The position numbers and the translations under genes are program-made. Shown piece after piece: positions 27,421 through 43,038 of a DNA stretch of 64,000 nt. Origin of the DNA: Eledone cirrhosa (Eukaryota); contig OZ024740.1 of NCBI GenBank assembly GCA_964016885.1, forward strand, positions 102,424,001 through 102,488,000, in the 5' to 3' direction. How positions within the stretch are numbered: the first letter of the stretch is position 1; every line of letters starts with the position of its first letter. Under the pieces are notes generated by a model. It worked only from the letters and a program-made list of their open reading frames with translations. It was not told the DNA's origin and ran no database searches.

Positions 27421-30400
27421 CAGGAACATCTTACATACTGCATTTTAATCTCTAAGAAGGAATCCTCTTGTAGCCAGCAGATGTGTGGTTGAAGCATTGG
27501 AATTCATGTGAGAATGCAGCATTACTAGTTGAGATAAGATAGTGCCTTAATGTATGCCATGCCTTGACTTGACTGTAACAGCACCAACTACCATAGTAAT
27601 TGACACAGCTCTAGACTGTTGTCTAGTGTCTGAGAGGAAACAAACAGAACACAAATTAGAGACAAAGATGTCAAGTTAACTTTTTACTTGAACTAAACAA
27701 GCAGATACTATTGCAGGCTTAGTGCAATTTGAAGCCAAAGTAACATTTGATGGTGTAAAATAATAACAAAAATAGAAGAAACCTCTATTATTGTCCACAT
27801 GCAGCGTTGAAGCCATTATGAGTCTCAGAGACATATTACTCCTAATGAATATCGAAGATGCTGTATACTTTCAGATAAAAAAAAAAGCTAAGTAGACTAA
27901 ACCCAGTGAAAGTTTAAAGCTAGATGATAAATTGAAATTACTCGAAACCAAGCAATGTGACAATAAGTCAATAGTTGACTTTAAGAATAAATTCACAAAC
28001 AGCATTTCATAAATTGAATCAATTGATGGAATCCCCTGAACAGGAGATAATTATACTGATTTTCAGATAAGGATTGCACTCTGTGTGGCTAAAAAGGAAG
28101 GCTTTGGATTCTATTCAGAATCATCCAAATTTAGAATATCATTAGCAACAACAATATACATCATTTGCTAAAATGAAAACATGTATCAACCATGACAATT
28201 TCTATGTAAGTAAGAAGTATTTGAAAAAATAATAAAACTTTAGTTGAACATTATCAATCACAACAATAACAGCAAAGGTACTTGCTTATCAACTGTTGTA
28301 ATTGTGGTTGAAGATCTAAAAACTCTTTTTGCAAGGGATCTCGATACGTCATTGGGGAACTTTACAAAATATTACTGGGAATTTATAGGAAGAAACATTT
28401 GAGTTGCTTTAATCTTTTTATGAAGACAGATTAACATATTTCATTTAAGCAAAATTTTATGCCATTTTATAATGTTGTGTACTACTTGTTCATGCTGGGC
28501 ATAACACTTCTTGGATAACATAACAAGAGGTGATTGTGCCTCACTTTATTTCAGTTGAACAGCGAACACCATTGTTGATATGAGTAGATGTAAATAATTT
28601 AATCCCTATAGATGATTACATAACTGAGGAAAACCAATCAAGAGTTAGTCTTGACACCGACCTCAGAATGCATAGAAAATGTTACTACATCATCAATTAC
28701 AGGAGGTTGTGTATTAGAGAGGAATAGTGATATATTCTTGATAGATTTGATATCACTATTGTTTGTTGTTTTATCTTGATTGTTTCGAGTACAGTCATTG
28801 TGAGTTACACGCCATGAAAAGCTCATAAATTACTCTACAACAAGCAAAGAGTTCTAGAAACAATGGTTAAGAAGGTAGAAAGGAGTGTACACAATCTCTA
28901 CATGTGTACCTTTAAGACACAACATATTTTTTCATGACTGATACGTTTCAAAAAGCCAATACAATGCAGTAGAAATATATAAAGGGTAATGGTTAATAAA
29001 TAAACAAATTAAAGTAATGTTTTATCCAGTATATTACAACATATTTCAAAGCTAATACCCCCTTTTCAAATGTGAAATGGAAACAGTTCAAAACAAAAAT
29101 GAACGATCGATATGCTTTTTTTTGTGTCTGAAATACGCATGTGTGGAGTTGTTATAGTAGCCAATCTACTTCATGCATTTCCAATCTATTATTTATCTGT
29201 GTTTTTTCTTGTTGATTATAATGGTCTCTTTGATTCATAAATTGCCCACATTCCTTTCTATTGCCTCTATGGTGACTTTAATGCCTTAGCTGCAGCATCT
29301 GACAAGATGTTTTTTATGGAAGAAGCTCTCATCGTCATGTGCTTCTTGATCCATATGTGTAACATCTGGACAGTACTTTTCTCATGTTTATTGACCCTGC
29401 ATGCCATAGTAACCCCTACCTTCATGTTGTGCTCACTCGTCTTCCATACATCATTAGATTCTAGCAACATATGTGATAACACAGCTTTTACAGTTACATA
29501 TAATAGTATCAGCTAGCTTTTTCAATTAATCTCAAATTTAGAGTTATTTAGATACTTTTATCCTTCATTGCATCAAATTTCATCACAGTGAATTATTGAA
29601 TCATCATTGTGGATTTGTTTCTTAATAGCACTCCTGTAGAATGATTCTGTTACTAACATTAAACAGTTTTTGTGCCCTATTTATCTCTTTATTTATTAAC
29701 AAACATCAGATCAAGTAATCTTTTTCAGGATTAAATTGCACTCACTACAATATATTAGATTCATTCCCAGGGTTATATAAATGCATCAATATTAACAATA
29801 ACCTGAATTGGATCTAAAAGGCTTTAGAATTATTAAAACTCTGTTCATTGCCTACCATTATCCACAAAGAATATGTGAAATTCTTTCATCTGTACTTGTG
29901 AGCTAATTTATGACAATGAATCCTTTTAATAACTGAGAACAACAAGAAACAATAAAAGGGTAAGCTAATATAAATGGGTGGAGAAACAGTGAGGTATGGC
30001 TTTAAGATATCCTTTTGATAAAATTGATGGAAACACTATAAGTTATTACCATGTAAAGAAAGACATGTTCTTATCTGGCTAACTTTCTGTTTCCAACTGC
30101 TGTTGCTTCCCTTGTGGGAATAGCATATTCACTGCAACTTTACATTTCTCCACTTCCCTACAACCACAAAGCCATATATATATTTAAAAATAAAAATTAT
30201 TGCTTAGATAGGGGCATATTTCTTTAAATACTAACACAATGGGTTATAGCTGAATTCTTTAATTATTTCTACTCACTCTTACCAGAAATTTGAATTTGTC
30301 TGGAAAAAATATAGAATTTAAATGATCATTTCTGATTTATAATTTGGTCTTCGCCCTTCATAACTTTCTTGTACTTGAATATTAGGTTTCACACTCATCA

Positions 30401-30505
30401 TAGGTTTTCTTTTACATGGTGTCTATTGGCTACTTTTTGTACAACCCTGAACAAATCACATTGAGATTGATTTCAAATCTTCTATTTCTATACTTAGACT
30501 TTGGT

Positions 30506-30544
<39 letters not shown>

Positions 30545-30848
30545 GCCATATATTAAGTGAGCATGACAGACAGAAAGACAGATGGACAGACTGATGCGCT
30601 CTTATTATAATTGTCATCAAATTTCCTTGCAGGAATGGGTCATAACAAATGACCAAGGATTCAGTAGTTCCTCATCAACCATCACATTTGTAATGCCCTT
30701 CTCAAAATTCTGGCTGTTTCCGGGAGTGCAGTCTTTTGCAGCAACTCAATACACATTTTAACAACAATCTTTAAAATCTAATTTTGTATCCTCCAAGAAC
30801 TACTGGAATTATCTCCACCCTATTTAATTCCCAATTACATTGTTATAT

Positions 30849-31072
30849 AAGGACGGTGGATTGGCAGTATTGGTAGAGTGTCGGACAACATGCTTTGTAG
30901 CATACAGTTACGTCCCTTTGCGTTCCGAGTTCAAATCCCGCTGAGATTAGTTTTGCCTTTCATCCTTATGGGGATCGATAAAATAAAGTACCAGTAATGC
31001 ACTGGGGTCGATTTGATTGATTTTCCCCTCCCTCAAATTGTTGGTCTTATGCCTAAATCAGAAACCATTATT
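30849..31072 (+). mobile_element. tRNA-derived SINE (Meta-domain-like family)
   Basis: TGGCAGTATTGG A box, GAGTTCAAATCC B box, GCCTTTCATCCT...AAGTACC body. Confidence 0.85.
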
Positions 31073-31099
31073 GTTAGTAGTAGTAGTTTGATTTTTACT

Positions 31100-31410
31100 G
31101 CATTACTGGACACAGCTCTGTGTGCCTTGGGTATGTACAGTGTGGTTTTTGGTGTTGTTGTTTCTAGTGTATTGTGAGTACTCTTTGTAATATGTGTGCA
31201 GAGCCCAGTAATGCTATATTTTGTATGCTATATATGTGTGAGTCTTAGGGTTTTGCTTATGTATCTGCCTGTGTTTTTATCATTCCCAAAGCACCTATTA
31301 TTATAAGCATTGTTTCTGTTTTCATCATACACTTTCAAGGTATTTCTATCTATAGTTATTTATATTTGGATCATTTTTCCATTTCCTTAATGGATATATT
31401 GTCGTCTGTG
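31100..31410 (-). pseudogene. Degraded R4/Dong-type 3' end
   Basis: Minus strand gives IQNIALLGSAHI; similar to 3935-4200 and 38480-38560. Confidence 0.55.
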
Positions 31411-34400
31411 GGGATAGATTTAAAATGGACATTAGATAAGATATTTTTACATATACTATGTCTGAACAAAAATCATGAATGGCCACAGCTGGATTGCCTT
31501 TGATTCTGATTCTAGGTTTATTTTATCAGAGTTCACCTGGACTAAACAACAAAATAAGTACTAGTCAAATACTTGGTTGACTTCATTAGATATAAATTTG
31601 TTTCCTCATGACAGCATAAAATTAGAAATTATTAATCATATTATTACCACCTCTATTATTACCATTATTATTATTACTCATAGAGTATTTTATTTTCAAA
31701 AGCACATATAACAGCTTTACAGGTCATTGACACAAGCAACATTAACAATTCAGTTAGGGAAAAAGTGTTGAATTTTTTTAATGTTTAGTATTGGTTAAAG
31801 GAAGAAAGTTACAGTGAAAGATAATTCTGCAATTGTATAAAATGTATTCCTATTTTGAGAAAGAATGTGGCATCCTTGATGTTATTGAATGATGATTCTA
31901 AGCATTAATGGATAGCAATTTGATAGGAGTCAGGTTGTGCATCATCAATGGTGCAGGGATAATACATGTGGACAATTAGGAAAAAGCTATCATATTAAAA
32001 ACAAACTGAGAAAGAATATGCATGCCTGTGTCAGTGTATGCATATGTGTGCATGTGCAAGTGTATGTATATGTGTGCCTGTGCAAGTGTATGTATATGTG
32101 TGCCTGTGCAAGTGTATGTATATATGCATGTCTGTGCAAGTGTATGTATATGCGTGCATGTGCAAGTGTGTCTGTATGCCTGTATGTTTGTGTGTGTGAT
32201 AGAGATGAATAATGGATGCACTGTGGTGTGGAATTGGTTATAAAAGTCAAAATCTCTTTTGAAACAATTAATTCATTCAATGCTAACACTAGTGAATTAA
32301 TGCTCAAGGAAACAGCTTAATCTAAGATTTGCTTAGAACAATAGTTTCCACAAAGAGTGTGTAGTAGCACCTCCTCTTCTAAAGAAATTTGAAATTGCTT
32401 TAACTCTCTTGTGACCATACATCTAATAAAATACACTGCCTATTGTGTTTTAATTAATTTTTGAAAATAATCAAAAATGTAGAGGGATTTAGTTAAACAT
32501 TCATAGATGGGAAATATAACCAATTGAATCTAGTAACATTATTATACTGGTAATTGCCGGCCTTGTGCCTAAAGTAGAAACAATTATTATACTGGTATTG
32601 GGCAGTAGATTGGCAGTATCGGTAGAGCATCAGACACCATGCTTTTCAGCATAGAGTTACATCCCTTTATGTTCTGAATTCAAATCCCGCCAAGGTTAAC
32701 TTTACCTTTCATCCTTGAATGATGATTCTAAGCATTGTCCTTATTATGGCAACTATGATTTTGGAACATTCACAACTATTGTCACATAGTCACAAAAGCT
32801 ATCAACTACTTCTAGAGATTCCACTTCTCTCAATGTCTCTCTATCAGCAACAAACATGTATCTACCATTGCTTCCTCCATGGTGCCACTTCTGTTATACC
32901 CTCATCTCTCTCCTTCATTACTGCCTCTTTTTACTTTGCAGATAATTGTGAGGATACAATTATTGAAAAGTAGTTAGTATAAGGAAAGACATCCAGCCCA
33001 ACAATCCATGCCAAAATGGAATGTATGAGCAAGATGTGATCCTCTGACCCATTTAGTCTTAAACAGTGACGACCTGTCCAGCCTATGCCAGCATGGGAAT
33101 GCATATAAGGCAATGATTATATATAGATATATATAAGCATACATACACACACACATGTATATGTGCAAGTGTGTATATATATATATATACATTTGTATGT
33201 ATGTATATATATATATGTAGTGTATGTCACAATTGTAGTGTTTGTACCAGAGTTTTCAAGTTGCTGGCTGGACTAAAAAGTCACACTCGTTCAGCGCATC
33301 GGTAGGGGTTCTCCTACATGGATATAAAGTAGTGGCCGTACTCGAAAACGAGTTGGCAGCCACCATATATATATTTGTATATAATCAGTTCCCGTCCCAC
33401 CCTTGCAAGCAGGGAAAAGCGGACGTAAAATGATGATGATGATGATGATGATATATACATATATATATTTTATGTATGCATGTATGTATGTATATATATA
33501 TATATAGGAAGGGCATCCAGCCATAAAAACCAACCCAAAATCAGTTCTGTATGAGCAAGACATTGTCATCTAACCCATGCTAGAGTGGAAAATGGATGTT
33601 AAACAGTGATGATGATGTCGACGATATATATATATATATATATGCACACATATATGCACACATATATATATATATATGCACACATATATATGCACACACT
33701 CACAATTGCTTCTCTCTTCCTTCTCCCTCAACTGTTTTCCCCCTTGCCTTTCACTGCTCTCCATACACACACACACACACTTACACACACACAGCTCCTA
33801 CACTACCATGTCTTTTTTTAAAAATATCTTTTGTTGTTAATAAACTATCTCTAAGGAAAAAATGAAAAGGTTACTGAATAATAGAGGTTGCAAACATCCA
33901 TGAGAATGTGACTGCTTCAAGGAAAATTGGAAACATTTTTTGCTTATATCATTTTTTATAGATAAATAACAAAAAATTTTTCGTGTTGCTCTTAAAGTTT
34001 GAAAATTTTTTGTAAAAGTGCATATGACATGACTTTTTATATGTGAACAAAGACTTATATGGTTACAAAAATTGGAGATTTGCACTTAAAACTGATGTGA
34101 CTCTTGATAGAATTGGTAAACACAATGAATAAACAGACTTGTTTGTTCTTATTTGTTTCGCAGTTATTTAGACAAACCACAAACTGATATTCGTTCTGTC
34201 CACCCAGGGCCCAAAATGGCCCCCTTGTGGATATTAAAAAATTTGTTATTGTTATTGATAGAATCATTTGAGCATCAAACAAAATGATTTACAGTATTTA
34301 GTTCACCCCCACCTCCATACTCTCCACTATGTTCTGATATAAAATCCTTTCTGAGTTTAGAATATACGTACCTGTCAAATACTGGGATCAATATAATTGG

Positions 34401-35233
34401 TTGTTCTCTCACCACAAATTTCTGGACTTCATTATCATCATCGTCACCGTTTAACATCTATTTGAATGGTGGTAATGATGATGAAAATAACTTATAGTTT
34501 GGATTGGCACATTGGAAAGAGTGGGGCATAAAGTGCCTTGTGGTGTTTAATTAGATGCTTTTTCATTCTGAATTCAAATTCCACCAAAATCGACTATACT
34601 TACCATCTTTCTCAGCTCAACAGTGTAAATACTGAGACCAATTTCATCAACTGTTCTTCCCACAAAAAAATTGTGACCTTGTTTGTGCTTAACCTTTTTT
34701 GTTACCATATTTCTAATGAAGACACTGACTATGAATTTTAAATAATTTTGAAAATAATCAAGAATTTGTAGGGACTTAATAAAATAACTAACTTTCTCAT
34801 TATTAAACTGGTTCTTACATAAAATAATCATGGAAGGTCTTTTGCTAAATATAAACTTTTTTTTAAATCAACAACTTTGTATAATAAAACCAAAAGCAGT
34901 TTCAGATGGTTTAGCCTCGGAATAGTTAAGTTAAAAGATCTTTGAATTGGCAGTATCAGTAGAGCATTAGACATCATGCTTTTCAGCATAGAGTTATGGC
35001 CTTTTGCGTTCTGGTTTCAAATCCTGCCAAGGTTAACTTTACCTTTCATCCTTACGAGGTCGATAAAATAAAGTGCCAGTAATGCACTGGAGAAATTACT
35101 GGCCTTGTGCCAAAAGTGGAAGCAATTATTATCAGCCACATCATTGTGTTACCAGAGACTTAGTTCTAGCAAATTTACCAGCAATATCATCATCATCATC
35201 ATCATCATTTAGTTCTAGCAAATTACCAGCAAT

Positions 35234-35268
<35 letters not shown>

Positions 35269-35768
35269 TTTACAATGCTGGTATTGGTTGAATGAATTTC
35301 ACAGCATCTCAACACCTGCCATAGTCATTTAGCTCATCACATACCCACCATAGTCCATTTGTTAATTCCCCTCTACTCTGATCCTACTCAAGAGGATCCT
35401 TTTTGTCCCTAGAGACCTCTTCAAAATGTTAACAAACAACAGCATTTATATTTTGTTGTTTGTTTCCTAAAGCTGAAATATAACAATATTGCATGTGGCA
35501 GCACAACATTTATTCAAAATATGTTTTATTTTGTCATCATTATTATCGTATTTTTTTTTTTTTGTGCATTAACAGTATCAGTAAAGCATTGGATATCATG
35601 CTTTGCAGCATAGAGTTACATCATTTATTTTCTGAGTTCAAATGCTGCCGAGGTTAGCTTTGGGTTTCTTCCTTACAGATGTCAATAAAATAAAGTGCCA
35701 GTGCCTAAATCAGAAGCCATTATTTTCAGAGTTTTACCCATCAACCTAGTAATCATTATCTTTACGAT

Positions 35769-35990
35769 TGGCATAGGGTGGTGGATTGGCAGCATCAGTA
35801 GAATGTCGGACACCATGCTTTGCAGCATAGAGTTACGGCCCTTTATGATCTGAGTTCAAATCCCGCCGAGGTTAACTTTGCCTTTCATCCTTACGGGGTC
35901 GATAAAATAAAGTACCACTCACGCATTGGGGTATATTTAATCGATTTTCCCCTCCCCAAAATTGCTGGCCTTGTGCCTATATAAGAAATT
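35769..35990 (+). mobile_element. tRNA-derived SINE (Meta-domain-like family)
   Basis: A and B boxes; 14-bp TSD ATTATCTTTACGAT at 35755-35768 / 35991-36004. Confidence 0.88.
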
Positions 35991-37261
35991 ATTATCTTTA
36001 CGATGAGTGGAGTCATTAGAAAATCAAACAAAGGGCTTGCATTGAATGTTCACTTGAAATCCTTTTGAGATTGACTTAGCTGTTCTTCCTTCTAAGATCA
36101 AGAAAATGAAATACCAGTTAACTAGTGGAGTCAATTTAATATTTCTCTATTAAGTATCCTAGGAATGAATAGAATTATAATAGAAGACTAAAATTAAGGG
36201 ACCATCAATCTTATTTATCAATGTAATCATAATTTACAGCTCACATCTATACAGGTTTAGCTGGCCTCATAAGAAATTGCCTTATTTTTCCCAAGTGTTT
36301 TAATGATGAGGGCCCTGGTCATATCATGAAAAGCCTCATGTGAGTGTCTTACTCACGAACACAACATGCTGCCTGGTCAAATCAACAATCTCATGATTTA
36401 GGCTTTCTGTGTCAGGTTTTCAATACGTATCAATTTTCTCAAAAGGAATCAACTTCCATCCATTTCCTTAATCTATTTAGGGAGTATGGCCAGCTTGTCT
36501 TTTTTACCAGGTATAGTCTATCTAGGATGACATTGTCCAATGTGTCCATCTCTATATATGTAAAACTATAAGATGTCATTTGAGGAAAAGTTCATCTAGC
36601 TTTTATCTCAGCTCATTTGTGCCCTGTCATGCATTTACATAAATATTCCACATCCAGTAGAGTATGCTATTTTTTTTTTTCTTCCTAGTCATCATAAATC
36701 TTCCACAATGAAGGTCCACATCTGACTACCATGCAGCATCACCCTTTGTATACAAGCTTCATACAATCCACCCTACATTTAGAAAGAAAATCCTTTTTTA
36801 TGCATGCTACTATACTTTTCAAACACCTTCTCCATGCTGAAATAGAACCCAAGACCATAATGTTCTGAAGTGAACATTGTTTGCAAAGTGAACTTACAGC
36901 CATGTATACACACATGCACATATATATATAATTTTATGTCTGCTTTCCTTGCTGACATCATCATCATCACCATCATCTGTTTTCTTTGCTATACTATACA
37001 TACATACTTGCATTAATTTCTTTCATATAATACTCTGTGTGTATGTGTGTATAATGTTACAGCTCATTTGCTAATTTTAATTTTCTTAATGAGAGATTAA
37101 TTAGTAGTAAACCTAACACGTTTGATTGTAATGATTTCTTTATGATACTGTTTATAAGGAGACATTCACCAGCTTTTTATCTTTCTTACCTGGCTTTCTT
37201 CCTCTATTGTCTTTCTTTTTCTCTCTTCTGAGTTTGTTGAACTTAAAATTACTAATAATAA

Positions 37262-37629
37262 TAATAATTTCTGATTTAGGCACAAGGCCAGCAATTTGGG
37301 GGGAGGGGAAATTCAATTAAAACTACCCAATGCATGACTGGTATTTTATTTTATTGATCCGTAAGGATGAAAGGCAAAGCTAACCTCAGTAGGATTTCAA
37401 CTCAGAACTTAAAAGGCCGTAACTCTATGGCCTTTAATTATAATAATTGTTTCTGCTTTTGGCACAAGGCCAGCAATTACCCAGTGCATTACTGGTACTT
37501 TATTTTATCGACCCCGTAAGGATGAAAGGCAAAGTTAACCTTGGCGGGATTTGAACTCAGAATGGCAAGGGCCGTAACTCTATGCGTCAAAGCATGGCGT
37601 CCGACCCTCTACCGATACTGCCAATCCAC
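37262..37629 (-). mobile_element. Two tandem SINEs; the second (37448-37629) has a 17-bp TSD
   Basis: TSD CCTTTAATTATAATAAT at 37431-37447 / 37630-37646. Confidence 0.85.
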
Positions 37630-38024
37630 CCTTTAATTATAATAATAATGTGAACTCACAATGGATAGAACCATAATTAAATTTCACCAGGCACTTTGTA
37701 TGATTCTGTGATAATTCTTACTAGCCTTTCCCAGATTCCTTCCTCCTACTTAGAAAAGCGTAGTCAGAGTAGGTTCATTCAGAATAATATTAATTCTTTC
37801 TAACATTTGCACAAAACCAGTAATTTGTGGGGAGGGGGGCAGAACTTAATTAAATCAATCCAATTCTTGACCGCTACTGTATTCTATTGACTCCAGATGG
37901 ATGAAATACAAAGTTGATCTCAGCAAGATAATGAAACCAAGATTTGAAACCATAATGAAATACTGCAATGCATTTCATCTGAAGTACTAACAATTCTCCC
38001 AACCCACCACTGTATAAAAATAAT

Positions 38025-38215
38025 TGTTTCTACTTTTGGCACAAGGCCAGCAATTATCCTAGTGTATTACTGGTATTTTATTTTATCGACCCCATAAGAA
38101 TGAAAGGCAAAGTTAACCTCGGCAGGATTTGAACTCAGACCATAAAGGGCCGTAACTCTTTGCTGCAAAGCATGACTTCCGACCCTCTACCGATACTGCC
38201 AATCCACCACCCTTG
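38025..38215 (-). mobile_element. tRNA-derived SINE (Meta-domain-like family)
   Basis: 14-bp TSD TGTATAAAAATAAT at 38011-38024 / 38216-38229. Confidence 0.85.
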
Positions 38216-39611
38216 TGTATAAAAATAATGATAATGATGCTGATGATTTTAGACAGAAGTACAAACCCATATATGTTGGGGTAGCTTATAGTTGATTAGC
38301 TTAATGTCAATACATGGCCAGTATTATTTGACTAAAAAAGAATAAAACGTAAAGTTGAACTAAGAAAGGTTTGAACTCAGAATGTAAGGAAAAGCAACAG
38401 AATTCCAAAAAATAAAACCCTTTTGTTTGATAGTCAAATAATTAAGTCATAAATATATATAATTATATATAATGCAGCCTTGGTATTTCTAAACATATTC
38501 AACATACAGAAAATAGCACTACAAGGTATTGCACATGTACTATGTAGAGTACAGCAGTACTTAAACATACATGCAAAACATACAGCATACAAATACATAT
38601 TTGTGTGCATAGAGATTCTATATAAAGCTGGTAATCTATGGGAGAAAGAACGCTATTCTGTCTGTTGCTGCTGTGTTTGGACCTCCATTGCATCCAATGA
38701 CCAGTGTTCCAGTTGATCGAACAATGGAACAATCAGCTTATGAAATCAACATGCAGATAACTGATCATTCAACACATATGTGTACCCTTAGTGTAGTTCT
38801 CAAGCAGATTCAGCAAGACACTGTGTCTCAAGGCTGGCCCTTGGAATTACAGATACAACTCATATATCCATGTAATATCCATGTCTTGCTCAACGATACA
38901 CTGTACCAACAGAATTGAAGTCAAAAACTTACAATTGTGAATTGAACACTGTAACCACAAAGCTATGCCCTATCACATTCTGTCTATATGAGTTTGTGTA
39001 TATCTCTGTGCATGCAACTATTTGTATCTAGAACAGCGACACAATTTATACCCTACAATACATACACACTAGATCACAAAAAATAAACATACATTTATAC
39101 CTACTTGTATTACAAAATATCAACAATAAGTATTTTTCTCTCCTTTTATTCTTAAGTCAATATGACTTGAAGTTTACATTGTAACGTTCTAGGGAATAAA
39201 AACAAAATAGGGTGTAGCAAACCGATTGGTGGAGTTTAAATAAATGTCTTTTATATATTTATCTATTCAATTTTATTTTTCAATATCGACCCCACTCCCA
39301 ACTTGTTCACCTTGAAATGGGAGAAAAAATGTTACGTAAAAAAAGAATGAAACAATATATTTATTACAACACTACAAAATTTCAGAAACTTTGTAAACAC
39401 TAGAATTTCAAAAATTATTATTCAAGATGTATTTCATTTTCTTCTCCCAACAGTAATTGAAAAAGAAATATGAAGAAAAATATGGCAAATAAGTTTTTTT
39501 TAATAAGTTTAACAAAATGAGACTGGCTTTAAGAATGACAACTGTGTGAGTGTTTTGTGTTTTGTTGTAAAATATAATTTTGAAAATATTTTTTGCAACA
39601 AAGCATAGCAG

Positions 39612-39650
39612 ATATATATATACATATATATGTATATATATACATATATA

Positions 39651-39725
<75 letters not shown>

Positions 39726-40377
39726 CTATATATGTATGTATATATGTATATATATATATACATATATATGTATATATGTATGTATATACATATATATGTA
39801 TATATATACATATATATGTATATATGTATATATGTATGTATATACATATATATGTACATATGTATATACATATATATGTATATATGTACATACATATTAT
39901 ATGTATATACATATATATGTATATACATACATATATACATATATACATATATATGTATATACATATATATATACATATATATGTATATACATACATATAT
40001 ACATATATACATATATATGTATATACATATATATATGCATATATATGTATATACATACATATATACATATATATGTATATATGTATGTATATACATATAT
40101 ATGTATATATGTATATACATATATATGTATATATGTATATACATATATATGTATATATGTATATACATATATATGTATATATGTATATATATATACAAAT
40201 GTATATATGTATATGTATATATGTATATATATATATATATACATATATATGTATATATATACATATATATGTATATATATACATATATCATCATCATCAT
40301 CATATGTATATACATATATATGAATATATATACATATATATGTATATATATACATATATCATCATCATCATCATATG

Positions 40378-40409
<32 letters not shown>

Positions 40410-40424
40410 TATACATATATATAC

Positions 40425-40457
<33 letters not shown>

Positions 40458-40458
40458 C

Positions 40459-40529
<71 letters not shown>

Positions 40530-40628
40530 TATATATACATATATATGTATATATATACATATATATATATATATATACATATATATACATATGTAGATAT
40601 GTATACATATACACACATATATATATAT

Positions 40629-40664
<36 letters not shown>

Positions 40665-40665
40665 G
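39612..40665. repeat. About 1-kb compound (TA)n/(TACA)n microsatellite with two internal (CAT)n blocks
   Basis: Direct reading. Confidence 0.95.
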
Positions 40666-41142
40666 GTACATATATGTGTGTGTAGCTGGCTGTTTGGAGA
40701 AGTGGGAGGGGGACATATTCCTAAGGATTCTTTCCTTGTTTTTAGACATATCCTCAACCTATTTCTTTTCATCTATTTTTACTGTAATCATTGCATAAGT
40801 GTTGCAGGATACATGCTGAACACATCAACCTACTAGATAAGAATGGCAGATCCATATCAGAGATACTTCATCTGTGACAGAGAGGGAAGAAGAAGTCTAT
40901 AAGATTCTCTTGAATTACATTCGATATAACCACTAATCTATATGATAGAACAGAACATTATTTGAAACTGATAATCCATTTATGATAGGGATAGAGCATT
41001 CTCTAAAACTGTTCATCCATAAGAGAGATGAGCATTATATATCAACTTAAGAAAATGGATCAATATATGTGTGTGTATATATATATATACACACACACAC
41101 ACATATATATATACACACTCACATATATATATATGTATACAT

Positions 41143-41481
41143 GGAGGCACATGGCTTAGTGGTTAGAGCATTGGCCTTGCAATCGAAAGTTCAATTCTCA
41201 GACCGGGTGATGTGTTGTTTCTTTGAGCAAGACACTTTATTTCAGATTACTCCAGTTTACTCAGCTGTAGAAATGAGATGATAGGACTGGGTTCCCTAAC
41301 ATTCCACTGCAAAGTGGTCGTGGAGGTGCCACGGCAAAAAAGTACCCAGCACTCACTGTAAATAAGGTTGGTGTTAGGAAGGGCATCCAGCTGTAGAAAT
41401 CAAGCCAGAATCAGTTCCCGTCCCACCCTTGCAAGTAGGGAAAAAGCGGACGTAAAATGAAATGATGATGATGATGATGAT
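41143..41481 (+). mobile_element. tRNA-headed SINE with RTE-like (GAT)n tail
   Basis: GGAGGCACATGGCTTAGTGG head; near-identical to 44919-45243. Confidence 0.85.
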
Positions 41482-42802
41482 ATATATATATATATATATC
41501 AGTCACATATATATCACACACACGTATCTAGTGTTCAAACTTTGCTGTACTCACTGCAGTAGTTTTACTCTTGGACAAACATTTAAGTCTGATTAACTCA
41601 GTTTACCTTGGTGACAACTAAATTGACATTCTGTTTTATACAAACTAACTATTAACAATAACAAGGGAATCTAGTTGTAAAAACTATCACTCTAATTATA
41701 GATAAATGTCCAAATAGTAAAGTAAAATAAAATCAAAATGCAGAGACATTAATTTATAATGTTTAATACTAACCCACATGAGACTGCTTGTTGGAAAGTG
41801 TTTATATTTAAATGAACATTTCATAAAAATCTTATCATTGATATTGAGATTTCAGATAGTCGATGCCAGTGTAACAACTAATATAGAAAGTTACTGACAT
41901 TGTACTAGTTCCTTTCAAAATCTTAATTATACTGAGGATTATAGGCATTAGAAATGTAGTAAAAAAATGGTTACAAAAATAATTTTTTTAATGTTGTTAT
42001 AACTCTGTGGTTTTATAGTATATCTTGATTCTAGGTGCAGTCATCTGTAATTCATTGAGAAAATTTTATCTAAAAAAAAAAATAATAATTGACAGATGCA
42101 ATAACAATTTCTATAAAATGAGATTACCTACACAGACATTTTTCCTACTCTAAACAAAATGTGTACTTTATGTGAACAACCATAATTCCACAAAGATTGA
42201 TGATCAGTAGTGAAGACAAAAACCCCCAACAAAAACAAAAAATCTCTACCCCTAATTCTAATGTAAATGAGTTATTGAAGTTGAATTGTCAATGTTAGGC
42301 TCTCCCAATTCTTAATTTTCTCTCATCCAGCCACAAATGACAGTTCCACTTAACGCTTTTCATACCAAACTGCTTGAAACAATTACTGGTTCTATGATAA
42401 TACAAAACTCTCTGGTTCAAAATATTTGCATTTATCTAAAACACTTCCATCACAATTTTATGTAATAATCTTTAAGTTAGGTTCCAAACACCAGTTTAAT
42501 GATAAGAAAATTTTTATTATTTTCAAAATTTTTGATAAACCATAGGCAGTGTTAATTCTTACCTCTCTGTAGGATTTGAGCTTAAAAACATTTGACATAT
42601 TTTAATGGACTATAGCTTCAACATGTATTTATACACAGCAATAAGAAAATGGAGCCAGATCTATTTTTTATGCTATCCTTAACAACTATCGTGGAATTAT
42701 GAAGTTTACTAGAGAGAGAACACCTACAGCTTGAAACAACAGCTGTTTTTAATAAAAGCAGCACTCCATAGATATAACTTTAACAACAGTCTTTATATAT
42801 AT

Positions 42803-42891
<89 letters not shown>

Positions 42892-42906
42892 CATGCATAT
42901 ATATAC

Positions 42907-42940
<34 letters not shown>

Positions 42941-42950
42941 ATGCATACAT

Positions 42951-43026
<76 letters not shown>

Positions 43027-43038
43027 TTAATATAGATG

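Noticed and set aside
35160-35268. About 48-bp tandem duplication with (CAT)n
   Set aside because: Ordinary slippage duplication at a microsatellite
39509-40772. Long ORFs up to 377 aa rich in Y/I/C/H/M (also at 0.1-2.1, 44 and 50.5-51.7 kb)
   Set aside because: Stop-free translations of (TA)n/(CA)n microsatellites, open in several frames on both strands
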